Positions 48,763-62,314 of a DNA stretch of 64,000 nt are shown piece by piece. A program made the translations under genes and the position numbers. How positions within the stretch are numbered: position 1 is the stretch's first letter; each line of letters opens with the position of its first letter. The DNA comes from Eledone cirrhosa (taxonomy: Eukaryota). The stretch covers positions 108,748,001-108,812,000 of the forward strand of contig OZ024741.1 of NCBI GenBank assembly GCA_964016885.1, read 5' to 3'. The notes under the pieces were generated by a model. It was not told where the DNA came from and did not search any database. It saw nothing but the letters and a program-made list of their open reading frames with translations.

Positions 48763-49467
48763 AATGAGTCAAAGTTAAAGTAAGTTGATTTATACGAAAA
48801 CTTGGATATGCTATTGTTACAAAGCAAACTAACAATTTTTTATTTGTAGTTGCAGTTTGACTGGACTGGAAACCATCTACTACAATTCAATTACTCATTT
48901 GTTGTATATATTTTACCATTTAGTAATAAATATACCCTCTTACGTGGTCATGAAAACCCTCTTCTGTGGTCTCTAAGCTCACAAAGCAGGGGGACATCAA
49001 GTTTGATATCAACATTTATCCTGTCCGTTTCATTAAAGGGAAAATTGGAAAGCTTTGAAATGATATAATTGCCAGTTTCTTCCAGATAAGAGCCCTCTTT
49101 GGATAGACAGAGTTGCTCTTGTATAAATGTTTAAAATAGCTGGTATCGCCTGGTGGGGATATAACAAATTCAACTGGTCCTTATTCATAAAAAAGAACAT
49201 TTATGTTCCTGTTTTCAAATTTATATATTTCCTTTCGAGGAATGTATTTATACTCTCAGCTGCCTGAATATTGTTAATCAATGTTTTAGTAATCTACTGA
49301 TATCAAGGTCAGTAGTATATTGAAAAATCGAAAAATAAGGTAGGGGGGGGGGGGATTCGTGATTTCAAGGGACAAAAGGGGGCGTTTGGCCTAAATGGGT
49401 TGAGAAGCTGTGGTATAGACTTTGCAAACATGAGGACAACTACAGTTTTATATATATATATATGTAT

Positions 49468-49523
<56 letters not shown>

Positions 49524-49663
49524 TTGTGCATGTATACGTATGTGTAGGCATATGTAAGTGCGCATGTATGTATGTATTTGTATATATATGTATGTGTACA
49601 TGTACGTATGTGTAAGTGTGTGAGTATAAGTATATGCGTGGGTATGTGCTTTTATATGTATGT

Positions 49664-49725
<62 letters not shown>

Positions 49726-49832
49726 TTATTATTTTCCCCTTTACATTACGTCCGTTATTTTATTTCAGCCTCGCTTTCAATTGTTCTAGACTTTGTTTTG
49801 AAATCCATATCTCACTTCATTTAAAATAAATG

Positions 49833-49903
49833 TTCATCCTGACGAGCGGAATCAGACGTCTGTGTCAGGTTCGTTTGTCTTCGTGAAACTTTTGGTAAAT
49901 GAA
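49833..49903 (+). ncRNA. HHR motif in a TA-flanked element (~49722-49998), decayed
   Basis: ttcatc-CTGACGA-gcgga..cagacg/cgtttg..ttcgt-GAAA-cttttgg-TA-aatgaa. Confidence 0.55.
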
Positions 49904-50011
49904 ATAATTATCTTATGTTGTTTATTACATAACTACATAGCTCTGTAGTCTACATAGAGCACTCTCTTTTCCTTTACCTTTCATACGGGAACACTTCATA
50001 TATATATATAT

Positions 50012-50063
<52 letters not shown>

Positions 50064-50729
50064 GGTGCGTATATATGCAGTAGAGATTACAAGGAGATAG
50101 TGATTTGGTAGAACACACCATACATAGTTAAGAAATAGCAGAACCCGTTGCGATATTCATATATAGTTAAAATGAATGTTATATTTTTAAGCCATATTAT
50201 TTTCACATCAGATCTACTAAATTTTATCTTTTCATTACAAAATAACTATTTGCTAAAAATTTGATTAAAGAAGAATCGTTTCAAATCAAATGAAGATTTC
50301 CAATTTTTCTTAAACGTTTTGTTTTCTAAGTCAATAAAATGTTAATCAAGACAGAATTTATTAACACAAGAACATTATCTTGGCTTCCTACCATCTTTTG
50401 TTTTACGTCATAAGATAATTGCATCAACTAATCAACTGATCAAAAGACTGGTAAATCGTTTAGTTTACATTGTCAATAGAGCATAAATATCCTTGATCAG
50501 TTTTTAAAATCGTCTCCTTCAAACATTTTATTTGATGGCACCAACGTAGTTAGTGTCTGCGAGTCATATTACTAACCATATCAAGAATTGTTCCTAATTA
50601 GCTTACTAACTTGCTATTGTGAAATAGGAATAACAAATAAGCCATAGTGATATTATTTAATATCACTGTGACAATTAATATCACCATATACAATTCAATT
50701 AAGTTTATAGATTTTGTTTAAATGCTCGA

Positions 50730-50850
50730 ATCTGAGTTCAAATCCGGCCGAGGTTAACTTTGCCTTTCATCCTTACGGGGTCGATAAAATAAAGTACCAG
50801 TAATGTACTGGTTAATTGCTGGCCTTGTGCCTAAAATAGAAACAATTATT
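50730..50850 (+). mobile_element. SINE, 5'-truncated
   Basis: ctgagttcaaatcc...gcctttcatccttacggggtcgataaaataaagtaccag...cttgtgcctaaa. Confidence 0.88.
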
Positions 50851-51345
50851 ATGTTTATTTATAACCAGTAAGAAGTTCTCGTCGTGTTAGTGATTATCTC
50901 ACTGGTGCAATCAATTTTCTTTTCCTTCTGCCTTTCTTATCAACTGTGCATTTTTGCTATGTTAGATTATACATAATGTGTCCGTATTTCAGCGGTTGTT
51001 GGTATATGTTCTGTTATTATAAATTTATCTTTGTTGATCCACATGTAGAATAGTTTTGTATTCACCTTATATTGTTTGCTAACTTGGATGAAGCACTAAC
51101 GTTTTTCATAGCGTTTTATGCGGTATATTTTTGCAGCTATATTCTGCCTGGTGTTACCTGTCGCTGACTGCGTGTCATCTACTTTTATTTGGAGATAGTC
51201 TGCCGCAACAATAACTCTGATTTCGCGAGACATCTCCGAAGCAAATAGTTTCTCTATTCTCTGTTTGCATTTGCCTTAATTCCTTTTATTGATTAACTAA
51301 TTATGCAATTTATGCAATCCCCACCTAATGATGTCTTTTGTTACC

Positions 51346-51405
<60 letters not shown>

Positions 51406-51674
51406 TTTGCCACAATAAAAATTTAAAGGGCCATCACCGACCAGGTCTCCTGTTATTTTAACTAATCAATATTTAATTCCGAACCTGCACCAGCCAGGGG
51501 ATTTAACATCAACGATGGATATGATGCATAACGGACAGTGCTTTTCAAACTTTTATATCATGGTTAACTAATCGGAATGACCAGTGAACCATAAAACATA
51601 AATGAATATAAATATATATATATTTATATATATATATTATGTGTGTGTGTGTATGTATGTGTGTGTGTGTGTGT

Positions 51675-51712
<38 letters not shown>

Positions 51713-51982
51713 GCATCCAAGAAACAAAATCAGGAAAATCACGGGTATATGCCTTATCATCTAGAAATGCCCATGGATTTGGTTCATTAAAGTTGACAGC
51801 ATTCCTTCCTGTACACACGGGATTGTAACAACAAAACGTTACAATGTGTGTGTGTGTGTGTGTGTGTATGTGTGTCTGTGTGTATGTGTGTGTGTGTGTG
51901 TGTGCGTGTGTGTGTGTTTCTTCTTTGGATCCTTTTTCTTTCTTCATCTTGCTCGATCCCACTTACATTATTTGAGATTGTA

Positions 51983-52826
51983 GGCGGTGGATTGAGGGCG
52001 GTGGATTGGCAGTATCGGTAGAGGGTCGGACGCTATGATTTGCAGCACAGTTACGTCCCTTTACGGGTTGAGTTCAAATCCCGCCGAGGTTAACTTTGCC
52101 TTTCATCCTTACGGGGTCGATAAAATAAAGTACCAGTAATACACTGGGATAACTGCTGGCCTTGTGCCAAAAGTAGAAACAATTATTTGAGATTGTAGGG
52201 CGACGGATTGGTAGTATCGACAGAGCGTCGGATACCATGCTTTGCGGTAGAGGGTTTCGGCCCTTTATGTTCTAAGTTCAAATTCCGCCGACGTGAGCTT
52301 TGCCTTTCATCCTTACGGGGTCGATAAAATAAAGTAACAGTAATGCACTGAAGTCGATTTGATCGACTTCCCCTTCACCAAATTGTTGACCTTGTGCCAA
52401 AATTAGAGGGCGGTGGATTACCAGAATCTATAGAGCGTTGAACATCACGCTTCACAGCATAGGTACGTCCCTTGACGTTCTGAGTTTAAATCCCGCCTAC
52501 GTCAGCGTTGACTTTCATCCTTATGGGGTCGATAATATAAAGTACTAGTCACGCACTGGGTTCGATTTAATCGACTTTCCCCTCCCCCAAAATTGCTGTC
52601 CTTGTGCCTAAAGTAGAAACAATTATTATTACATAGGGCGGTGGATTGGCAGTATCGGTAGAGGGTCGGACGCCATGCTTTCCAGCATAGTTACGTCCCT
52701 TTACGATCTGAGTTCAAATCCCGCCGAGGTTGACTTTGCCTTTCATCCTTACGGGGTCGATAAAATAAAGTACCAGTAATGTACTGGGTAATTGCTGGCC
52801 TTGTGCCTAAATTACAAACAATTATT
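51983..52826 (+). mobile_element. Four full-length tRNA-derived SINEs head to tail
   Basis: Each has A box (tggcagtatcggtaga), B box (gagttcaaatcc) and a Nin-domain-like core; first copy flanked by duplicated attatttgagattgtagg. Confidence 0.92.
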
Positions 52827-52876
52827 ATTATCATCATTACCACAAAAGTAGTAGTAGTAGTAGTAGCAGCAGCAGC

Positions 52877-52912
<36 letters not shown>

Positions 52913-53204
52913 CACACAATATTCATCTTCATCGTCATCATCATCATCATTATCCTCACTGTAATTTTGTACTGCTATTATTTGTGAATTTATTTTTTAC
53001 ATTCTGAATTTATAAATGAAAATGTACAATTCGTAATTGAATAGAAGAGCGGAAATTAAACTATTTATATCTTTGAATAGTAAATGATATCCTCATACCT
53101 CACGTGGCGCACTCTTAAACAACCAACTTAATATAAATGCTATCTCCTATAATTGCTATTCTATATTCTATCGACATCACACATGCTACCTGTCTATCTC
53201 TCTA

Positions 53205-55734
53205 TCAGAAACAGAACTAGTAGCCATTGTAGAAGAGGCGCTTAGGGGTGGCAAGGCAGCTAGAGTGCTACTATCGAGAACGGCACTGGACCAGTTCTTC
53301 GATGCGAAACACGAAGACTGCGTGGTCAGAAGTAAATCACGTGCTCTAGGAAACGAGGGAGCAAAAGCTGTTAGCTGGGCCCGAGTGGAGGAAGCGAAAC
53401 GTGGCAACAAGTCCACGATTCGGTCTTTAAGAGACCAAAATGGACGTGTGCTACTTGACCCCAGGCAGATGTGCGCGGTCTTTCAGCGGCACTTTGCGCG
53501 ACTGTTTGAGCAGAATGACGGTACACCGAACGGGGCAATGGACTTTGGTTCATACCGCGACGGCCTGCCGCGTCTCACAAGCATAGACGCCGAGTTCTGC
53601 GAAAGACCGATCACTGAGATACGGTCTACCCTACTAGTCTACCCTACGAGTTTTACATAGGCATGCCGGACTTGTTCTCTGGCGTTCTCGAAGTCGTCTA
53701 CTACAATTGGCAGCAGAACGGGACAATTCCCAGTTCTGCAGGCAAGGGCGTAATAACGCTGATCAGGAAAGACGAGAACAAGGGGTACGAAATAAACAAT
53801 TTCAGGCCCATAACTCTACTCAACACAGAGTTAAAGAGTTTGGCTAAGGTGCTAGCAACGAGGCTGGCGCTTCTCGTCGAAAACCTGGTAGGGAAAGCGC
53901 AAATGTGTGCAATCCCGACGAGGTCCATAACGACAACCTCCACCCCATGCGATACATCATAGAGAGGGTGGGGTGTAAACCCAGCGTCGGTGGGGCTCTG
54001 ATCAATTTAGATCAGTCTAAGGCATTTGGTAGGCTGAACCATTGATACTTGGAAGCGGTTCTCAATGCAGCCGGTTTCGGTCCCGTTTTCAGGGGCTGGA
54101 TCAAGGCGATGGACACCAGCATCTGCTCGACGGTCAAGGTGAACGGCGACCTATCGGAGCCGTTCGAAATCACGCGTTCCATTCGACAGGGATGCCCTCT
54201 CTCCTCCATTCTGTACGTATTCTGTACGTATTCTGAACCCGGACAAGTTTGTCGGTTTGCAACCCGGAACGTGGAGAGGCAAACCGATGCCGTCCGACAG
54301 TGTCGTCGGACACCGGACGGAAGGACCGGTGAAATTGCTCGGGATCTGATTCGGTCCAGACCTCCAGGTAGAGAAAAACTGGAACGAGGCCATGGCCAAG
54401 GTATTTGCGCTCACCCAGAAGTGGGCAGAGTGCAAAATGTCTTTGAAAGGTCAAGCGGAGGTGGCGATCACTTTCATAGTGTCCGTCATCTACTACCGCT
54501 TGACTGTCGTGCCTTGTCCCCGTGAATACCTCACCAAGATGGAACGCATGCTCTTCCAGTTCCTGTGGAAGAAGCAGGCTCCATTAGTGAGGAGATCCGT
54601 CTGCTGTCAACACCCTTCAAACGGAGGGCTGGGTATGCAGTAGCTAATGATGCGCAAACATGCGCTGGGGCTACGGCATCTCCAGGTATACCTCACCGAC
54701 CAACCGGTGTGGACACCGTTTGTGAGACAAGCCTTCCCACAACTTGTCTCGCTGACGGAGCTGCAGTCCCGGGTGAAGCGAAGACCGAAGATGGGCGCCT
54801 GGCACATTGAATGCGCCCAGGCGCTCACAGTCCTCTGTCAAGCGGGCACATCAATCAGTGGAGACTCCACTTCGACGTTCTATAGAGAGTTAGTACTTTA
54901 CAAGTGCGACGACGTGCTCGGGGAGACTCTAGGCGTCGAAGACGACGACCTCACCAGTCTGTTCAGTAGAACTTTCCGCCCGGGACCTATGGACAACTTC
55001 CAGAGGTCCCTGGCCTGGCAGTGCTCCCGAAGAGCTCTACCCGTTCGAGATAAGATCTACAGGCATGGACGCCCCGGCAGGATCCTTCCAAGAGGACGTG
55101 TCCAAGATGCGAGCAGGACATTGAAACCGTCTTGCACGCAATTGTACACTGCCCGGGCGTAAGAGACCTGTGGAACTATGCAGAACAACTGCTGTCGCGT
55201 ATGGGACAAATCCAGTTGACTGCCGAGTCCATAGTAAGGATCAAACCGCCAGCCTCTTTCAAAATCGAAAGAGAGGCGGTTTTCCTCTGTACAGTGGCTA
55301 TGGTGAAAGAGGTTATATGGTGGACGAGATTGAGAGGACTGAGGACAGATGCATTTCTCTCCGGACAACAATTGATTCCCTTCTTTAAGTATCACTTTAG
55401 AAGACGAATCAGAGTGGAGAGAGAGGCACTGCATCTCAGTAAATTTACTGAAAGGTGGGTGAATGAAGCGAAAATGGCCCGAGTGATTGGGCCTTCTCTG
55501 TTTATAATCCTGTAGGAAGAGAGCAAAAGGAAGAAGGGAGCTCTTGCACAACACACTCCTGAAGTTGAGGGTTGTTCTATGGACGGTGTATTAAACAACC
55601 CATTTGTGGCGTATTGGAGATTTCGATCGTTATAATTGTTTGTTTCAATATTTTTACACGATTGTATATAAAATCCCCGGCATGTGTCTTTGTATTGTCC
55701 CCTTTTCTTGTGCGCCCTTGTGGAAAATAAAGAA

Positions 55735-55735
<1 letters not shown>
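53205..55735 (+). mobile_element. 5'-truncated Tx1/L1-clade LINE (decayed ORF2: RT plus zinc-finger region; 3' UTR)
   Basis: NFRPITLLNTELKSLAKVLATRL; LDQSKAF; SIRQGCPLS; GGLG; ALPVRDK; HAIVHCP; ends aataaag followed by (TATC)n. Confidence 0.93.
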
Positions 55736-55772
<37 letters not shown>

Positions 55773-55832
55773 TTATCTGTCTAATAAAGAAATATATCTA
55801 TCTATCTGTCTATTTATCTATCTATCTACCTA

Positions 55833-55907
<75 letters not shown>

Positions 55908-56339
55908 ATGTGTGTGTGTATACATGAGAGGATCGTGGGGTCAAAGTCCTCAAACACTCCCCCCAGCTGGTCCTGTCAGAAACAACCGTCTCCAACTGAT
56001 CCGGCTGGATTCTCAAGTGAGACCAGCCAAAGTAATGGATGTTTTCCAATCACCTTGCTCGGGGGTCTACCCTTGGGTCTCCTGCTGTCCAGAACCACAT
56101 ACCCATAGTATCGGAGCTGAGATTTATCAATTTGTAGCGGTTCTAGAGTGAAGATTCATCACGTAAATTACGTCCAACCGCAAGTCCGACATTAACCATT
56201 TCAGCCAATACTTACTCAAGTAACCTCATCATTTTGAGAATCACATTACTCTCGATGCTGTATCTACATCTTTTCAGTTCAAATTATTAAAACACGTCAA
56301 ACTCACAAGTTTCCGATAATAAATAGCGGGCATTTTTCC

Positions 56340-56720
56340 GCTATCGGTATTGCGTCGGATAACATGATTTGCAGCATGTAGGTAGGTACGTCCATTTACA
56401 TTCTGAGTTCAAATCCGGCCGATGTTAGCTTTGGCATTCATCCTTACGGGGTCGATAAAATAAAGTACCAGTAACACACTTTGAGTCGATTTAATGGACT
56501 TTCCCTTCCACCAAAACTGTTGGCCTTGTGCCTAAATTGGAAATCATCGGTAGAGGGTCGGACGCCATGCTTTGACGCATAGAGTTACGGCCTTTGCCAT
56601 TCTGAGTTCAAATCCCGCCGAGGTTAACTTTGCCTTTCATCCTTATGGGGTCGATAAAATAAAGTACCAGTAATGCACTGGGTAATTGCTGGCCTTGTGC
56701 CAAAAGTAGAAACAATTATT
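56340..56720 (+). mobile_element. Two tandem SINE copies
   Basis: Same family as 51983-52826. Confidence 0.88.
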
Positions 56721-58312
56721 TGTTATTTCTGCCTCATGGCATGGAGAAAAGTTCGAAGTGTACCAACACTACTTACGTTGTAAAAGTTTCTAAGAAAAAC
56801 AACAACGGCTTATAATCTCTTATTCTTTTCCTCTTCTAAATATGAGACTCTTTGTCTGTATCACGAATCAACATTTATTTGTTTTGTAAAAACATAAAAT
56901 ATGTTAACCGCTAAAATCGAAAGATAAAAATAAACAGACCTTGCTTCTTTCCCCAAACGTCTTGCATTTTACCACTGTCCAATACACACCCCAAACAAGC
57001 AGAAGTGCTTTACAAAATATAAAGTATGTAAATAACGAACCAAAGAGTTCTGTATTGATTTTTTTCTTACATTACATGTAGGGGTCTGTAGATTTGTGCA
57101 TGTGTGAGTGTGGTGGTGGTGTTAGTGGGGTGAGTGGGGTGGGGGCGTCAGATTTATTCTCGTATAATCCTGTTTACGTTAGAAAATATTTGGCAAGTGC
57201 GGGAATAAAATGTAGCCAGGCAGAATGTAATAGAAGAAAAATTCATTAGAAAAATATTTTGATATTTGTACAACAAATGTTTTTCCCTTTAGTAAAACTA
57301 AAACAATAGAGATGGATCAGCTTAGCTTTGAGTCAACGAGGGGTTATAAAAAACGACAATGAACACTGGGATTATTGTCAAACTGTTGCAGGTAGCTGGT
57401 GTCATGCATTGTTGGTAAACTGAGATATTAGATTTCGTTCAAGGTAGACAGTCTGTGCTTCTGAGAAATAAATTTCAGTTCTCTATTTATGCAACTTATT
57501 AATAATCCATGGAATGCTTTTCTTGAACTTGAGCTTATATTTCTCATGATACATTCACATCGGATATATTTCATAGTTAAGTTGTGTTATTACTGCACTA
57601 TGAGAGTTATTTCACTAATATTGAATAATAATTTTCTTCAGATTTTTTATTATCGTTGTCTTGTAGATCAGTCATTCCTACGACAGATTCTAGGATAAAC
57701 GTTTTTTAAGAAAAGAGGCTGCTAACTCCTCTATCAAAATCTGAATTTTTTTCAATCTCTTTCAATCTTTTTCCATCTCTGGTGAAATGGCTGTTGGGTC
57801 GCCTCACACGACACATTTCAAGGCGCAATACTGATAATTCAGAGTGAGGGAAAGAGAAAAAGGAAGAAAGAGAAATACAGGAGGAGTGAGAGAAAGATAG
57901 TGAGAAAAGAGTGAGAAAGAAAGGGGGAGAGAAAGCCAGAGAAGGAAAAAGCGAAAGAGAGGGGGAATATGAGAAATAGGGAAAATATCGATGACCGTAC
58001 ATGAGTTGAAATTTATCGGAAGCATGAAATGTAAATTTTACCGTGTAGGACTTTGAACAGAGAGGACATAACAAATAGACACCATAATATCGCAGCGTGG
58101 AAATACCTGGGTCGCTGTGCTGAAAAGTATCTAATTCACATATAAATGTGAATGTTTAACGCCGCATACATATATACATACACACATATATATAGTTTTT
58201 AAAGATTTCCCTTTTCTTTAAACCTATCAACCAATGACCTCCACCCATCCCAATCACCACCCTCTCCTACTTCCAGAAAAGATATAAATCCCACCATATT
58301 ACTTGGACAGCC

Positions 58313-58363
58313 GGCTTCCTGATGATTTTTCCGGAATGAAACAGTTCTAGTCCTGTAGAAGCC
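58313..58363 (+). ncRNA. Type I hammerhead ribozyme with a true stem III
   Basis: ggcttc-CTGATGA-tttt tccg gaat-GAAA-cag ttctagtc ctg-TA-gaagcc; 6 bp stem I, GUA site. Confidence 0.82.
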
Positions 58364-58399
58364 TTTCTATATTAAATATAGATAAATATATATATATAT

Positions 58400-58515
58400 A
58401 GAAGTGGTTACACAACAGTTAGTTCACCAAACTGTTGTGTAACCACTTCTACCTAACTCGTCCTATGGGCTGAGTGCTCTACCACTACGGATATTACCTT
58501 CCAGTGTTCTACCAC

Positions 58516-58520
<5 letters not shown>
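58400..58520 (+). mobile_element. Tiny fold-back (58400-58450) plus tail in (TA)n; relative at ~61555-61690 (-)
   Basis: gaagtggttacacaacagtt...aactgttgtgtaaccacttc, then cctaactcgtcct...ctgagtgctcta. Confidence 0.72.
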
Positions 58521-58556
<36 letters not shown>

Positions 58557-58716
58557 GGTGGGGGTGTACTTGTGCTTGAGCGTGTGGATCTGTATAATTA
58601 TATATATACATTTACGAATATACGAACAGCGGTTTTTTTTAGACACACCGAACTAATGAAACAATTGTTAATACTTTCAATAAAACCCGTATTGCACGTT
58701 ATTCTTCACTCATTTA

Positions 58717-58842
<126 letters not shown>

Positions 58843-59061
58843 GTGTGCGTGTGCAAAGGAGGTGTGGTAAGATACCAGGTGGACCTTTATGCACCAGAGT
58901 ACTCAATACTTAGGGTAGTAGAGTGGGTAATAGGAAAAGAGTCAGGACCCCGACGGCTGAGCTCCGACCGTTTCGACAGCTAGATCCGAACAGTTCGGAT
59001 CTAGCTGTCGAAATGACCGGAGCTCAGCCATCGGGGTCCTAACTCTCTTCCTATATATATA

Positions 59062-59204
59062 TAAAAGGAACCAAATAAATATATATATTTTTTTTAAAAA
59101 TAAGACTCCAGTTGCATTTTCGATTTCATCTTTTTTTCTTTATACTTTCACTCGTGTAGGACACCTCGGTTATTTTTCATTTTGTAAAAGAAACCTCAAT
59201 TTCT

Positions 59205-59205
<1 letters not shown>
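59062..59205 (+). mobile_element. 3' fragment of the 11848/18951/23473 pLTR family
   Basis: aaggaaccaaataaat...actcgtgtaggacacctcgg; homology begins at the predicted HHR cleavage point. Confidence 0.88.
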
Positions 59206-59235
<30 letters not shown>

Positions 59236-59517
59236 ATAGTCAAGACGCCGACGGTTGAGCTCCGGTCATTTCCACTCTTTTCCTATTACCCTCTTGATTT
59301 ATTCTTAAATTTAGTCTGGGAAATCTTATTCTCCATAGTTAGTATTTTGTTGACCTTAGCGAACCTGGTCCCTTATGATTTGAACACATATATGTATATG
59401 TCTGTGTTTATCTCTCTTTTATATTCAATTATAATATACGGCTCGGAAAAATAACTTTCCTAGAGCTATTTTATTGTAAGAGACTATTTTGACTTTCTAA
59501 CTCAATATATACCTTTG

Positions 59518-59581
<64 letters not shown>

Positions 59582-60072
59582 TAAAATAACAGATTAAAGT
59601 TTATTTTAGTCTTCAAATTTATTATTATTACTATATATATATATATGAAGAAAGGAAGAGAACTTGAGGACATAATAAATAAATACAAATAAGCATAACA
59701 TTGAATACAAAATTGTTTGCGCAAAAGTGTCCTGCCATATTTTTCATAGTCCTACTAGGCAAGTGACTTGACTAAAGGCCGTATGTTGGAATCAAAGATG
59801 CAACATCGTGGAAAAATACTTTCATTTTCATATATTTCGTGTAGCCAACATTTCGTCGTACTTTGTGAGGCCTGGTGAGTGTGGCAAACCCACTGTGATT
59901 GAAATTTGATAGTACAAAACAAAGGAAAATGAATATAATAGATTTGCGTGTTTTTCTTATGTTACAATATATATTCCATCATGCAGTTGCTATTTTATTT
60001 ATATTTGCTTCTTCTTTATGCCCGTAATTCCTGCTGGTGTCGTAGCTGCAACGCTATGACATACGTCGTTTC

Positions 60073-60565
60073 AGGGTCGGACGCCATGCTTTGTAGCATA
60101 GAGTTGCGCCCATTTACGGTCTGAGTTCAACTCCCACCGAGGTTAACTTTGCCTTTCATCCTTACGGGGTCAATTGGCAGTATCGGTAGATGGTCGGACG
60201 CCATGCTTTGTAGCATACAGTTACGCCTCTTTACGATCTGACGTCAAATCCCAGCGAGGTTAACTTTGCCTTTCTTCCTTATGGAGTCGATAAAATAAAG
60301 TACCAGATAATTGTTGGCCTTGTGCCAAAAGTAGAAACAATTATTTTAACCTGGCGTGCCCATCTCCCCTCAAGAGAAGGAAAATGAGTAAAATTGAAGT
60401 GATAAAGTGATATACAATCAGTAATCCTCTCAGCACAACTCTGGTAACTATATTTTGGACATAGAAAGGAAAAAAGGTGAAGTCGGGATTTGAACTCAGA
60501 GTACAAAGAGCCATAACGATTAGCGTAAACCCTTCTATCCAACGTCATAACGACGCTAGCAATAT
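60073..60565. mobile_element. SINE cluster: two plus-strand copies (60073-60345) and a diverged minus-strand piece (~60475-60565)
   Basis: Same family motifs. Confidence 0.82.
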
Positions 60566-61468
60566 GCCGCATTGTATTCCCAGTAAAATGCCAAAAATAT
60601 ATAATAAAGTCGGATTGTTTATCATAGTTTAGTTGCGAAGGTTGGTGAGTAAATTGTGTTATTCTGTAAATTGTCTGGAAACTATCGTAAGAATGAAAGA
60701 AGGAGGTACATTATGCACGTATATTTATTGTAGTATGATAGATGACGACAGCATGTTATAATTACATGTCAACAATAGTTTCTTTCCTTTGCCGTTTACT
60801 GATGATTAATTAAAGACAAAAAAATATATGAAGAAACAATTCCCTACTGATTTTTTTTTAGTTTCTTTTCCATTTTCCTTCATTTCTTTTGATATAAAGA
60901 TATGCGTATTTAAAAAGAGCAGCTAATTATATCTATATATATATATATATATATACGCACAAACATATACATATATATATATATGTATATATGTATTATT
61001 TATATATATATATATAGTCCATCAAATACATACATATATTATAAATATATGTATGTATGTATGTATTTGATGGACTATCTCGTCGTGTTCGATGCATAAG
61101 CAGCGCCAAAATATTTCCCTTTGTTTTACTCCACATTTAATGTTTGAGTCTTGGTGACAAACTAAATTCGCTTTGTTTTAGCACACCAGATCGCATCCTT
61201 TACACATAATGCGTTGAATAGAAACAGTATTCCTTTGACATTTCATTAAATCACCTAGATGATCAATCCTTGTGTTGACGCGGCTCCTGATGACTTGATA
61301 TTTCTCTCCATCTGTTACGGCCAGCATAGAATTCCTGAAATTCTGATACTTGTATTCCAATATGCTTGATATTATTCTTCAGATTACACTTGTATCTAAG
61401 AAGAGTTCTACATATATACACACAAAGAGGCTAACACACACACACATACAAACACACACAAAAATCTC

Positions 61469-61535
<67 letters not shown>

Positions 61536-61696
61536 TAGATAGATAGATAGATATAGTAATAAAAAGCCGGGTGGTTATATCTGTAATGAGTAGAGCACTC
61601 AGTCCAGAGGACGAGTTAGGTACAGAGTTATTTCCACAAAAGATTAGCTCTATTATGGTTTACTAATTGGTAGTGGAACTGAAACTATATATATAC

Positions 61697-62314
61697 TAGC
61701 AGAATGGCCAGGCGTTGCTCGGGATTTGCTCTAGGGTTCTTAAATATTTGATATATATTTATCCTTATCGAGCCTCGTGAAATAAATACGCTTGTTTATA
61801 TTTTGTTATTGTGTATGCAAAAATATCTGTACACGAATATATAATTATATATATATAATAAAATAACAAATTAAAGTTTAAGCAAATAATCGCTGCTTTC
61901 ACCCTTAACGGGATCTTCTGAAACTAAATAAATCAATCTGTGAACGCAGAAGTAAATATTTCGAAAAACGTTACACACTATATATACATATATATATATT
62001 CACACACTATATATATACACACACATATAGCGTCATAATGTCGTAATGCAGACAGTCAGACATACAGACAGATATTATAAGGGCGCAACGTTATATCTAT
62101 GTATCTATCTAAAAAGAAAGACTAATAATTATAGAGAGGGATCGCTAAATCGCCTAATGCGGTCCCTAGGGCATTGAAAATTTGAAATATCTTTTGCTCA
62201 AAACACTCACACGACCATAAGTATTACATATGTAAAGTTTGAAAACAATCAATTTGGGGGTTCTCGAGTTTTAGGGAGTCAGACAGACAGACATTCTCTG
62301 TTTTAGATATAAAG
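61697..62314 (-). mobile_element. Probable non-autonomous Helitron with nested fragments
   Basis: Minus strand 5' TCTTTATATCTAAAACAGAGAATGTCTGTCTGTC; 3' hairpin plus CTAG near 61697. Confidence 0.55.

Larger units (their letters stand above)
46871..49412 (+). mobile_element. hAT (Buster/Charlie) DNA transposon, internally deleted, with TIRs and 8-bp TSD
   Basis: TIRs CAAAGGTTCTCAA / TTGAGAAGCTGTG; perfect TSD GTATAGAC at 46863-46870 and 49413-49420 (nnnTAnnn). Confidence 0.92.
45923..49470 (-). mobile_element. Non-autonomous Helitron interrupted by a hAT insertion
   Basis: Minus strand 5' TCTATAC(AT)nAAAACTGTAG near 49470; 3' hairpin cccg...cggg plus CTAG at 45923-45926; pairing of the two ends is inferred. 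Confidence 0.6.

Noticed and set aside
55925-56150. LINE C-terminal fragment (RRPKGRP, minus strand)
   Set aside because: Too short to call with confidence
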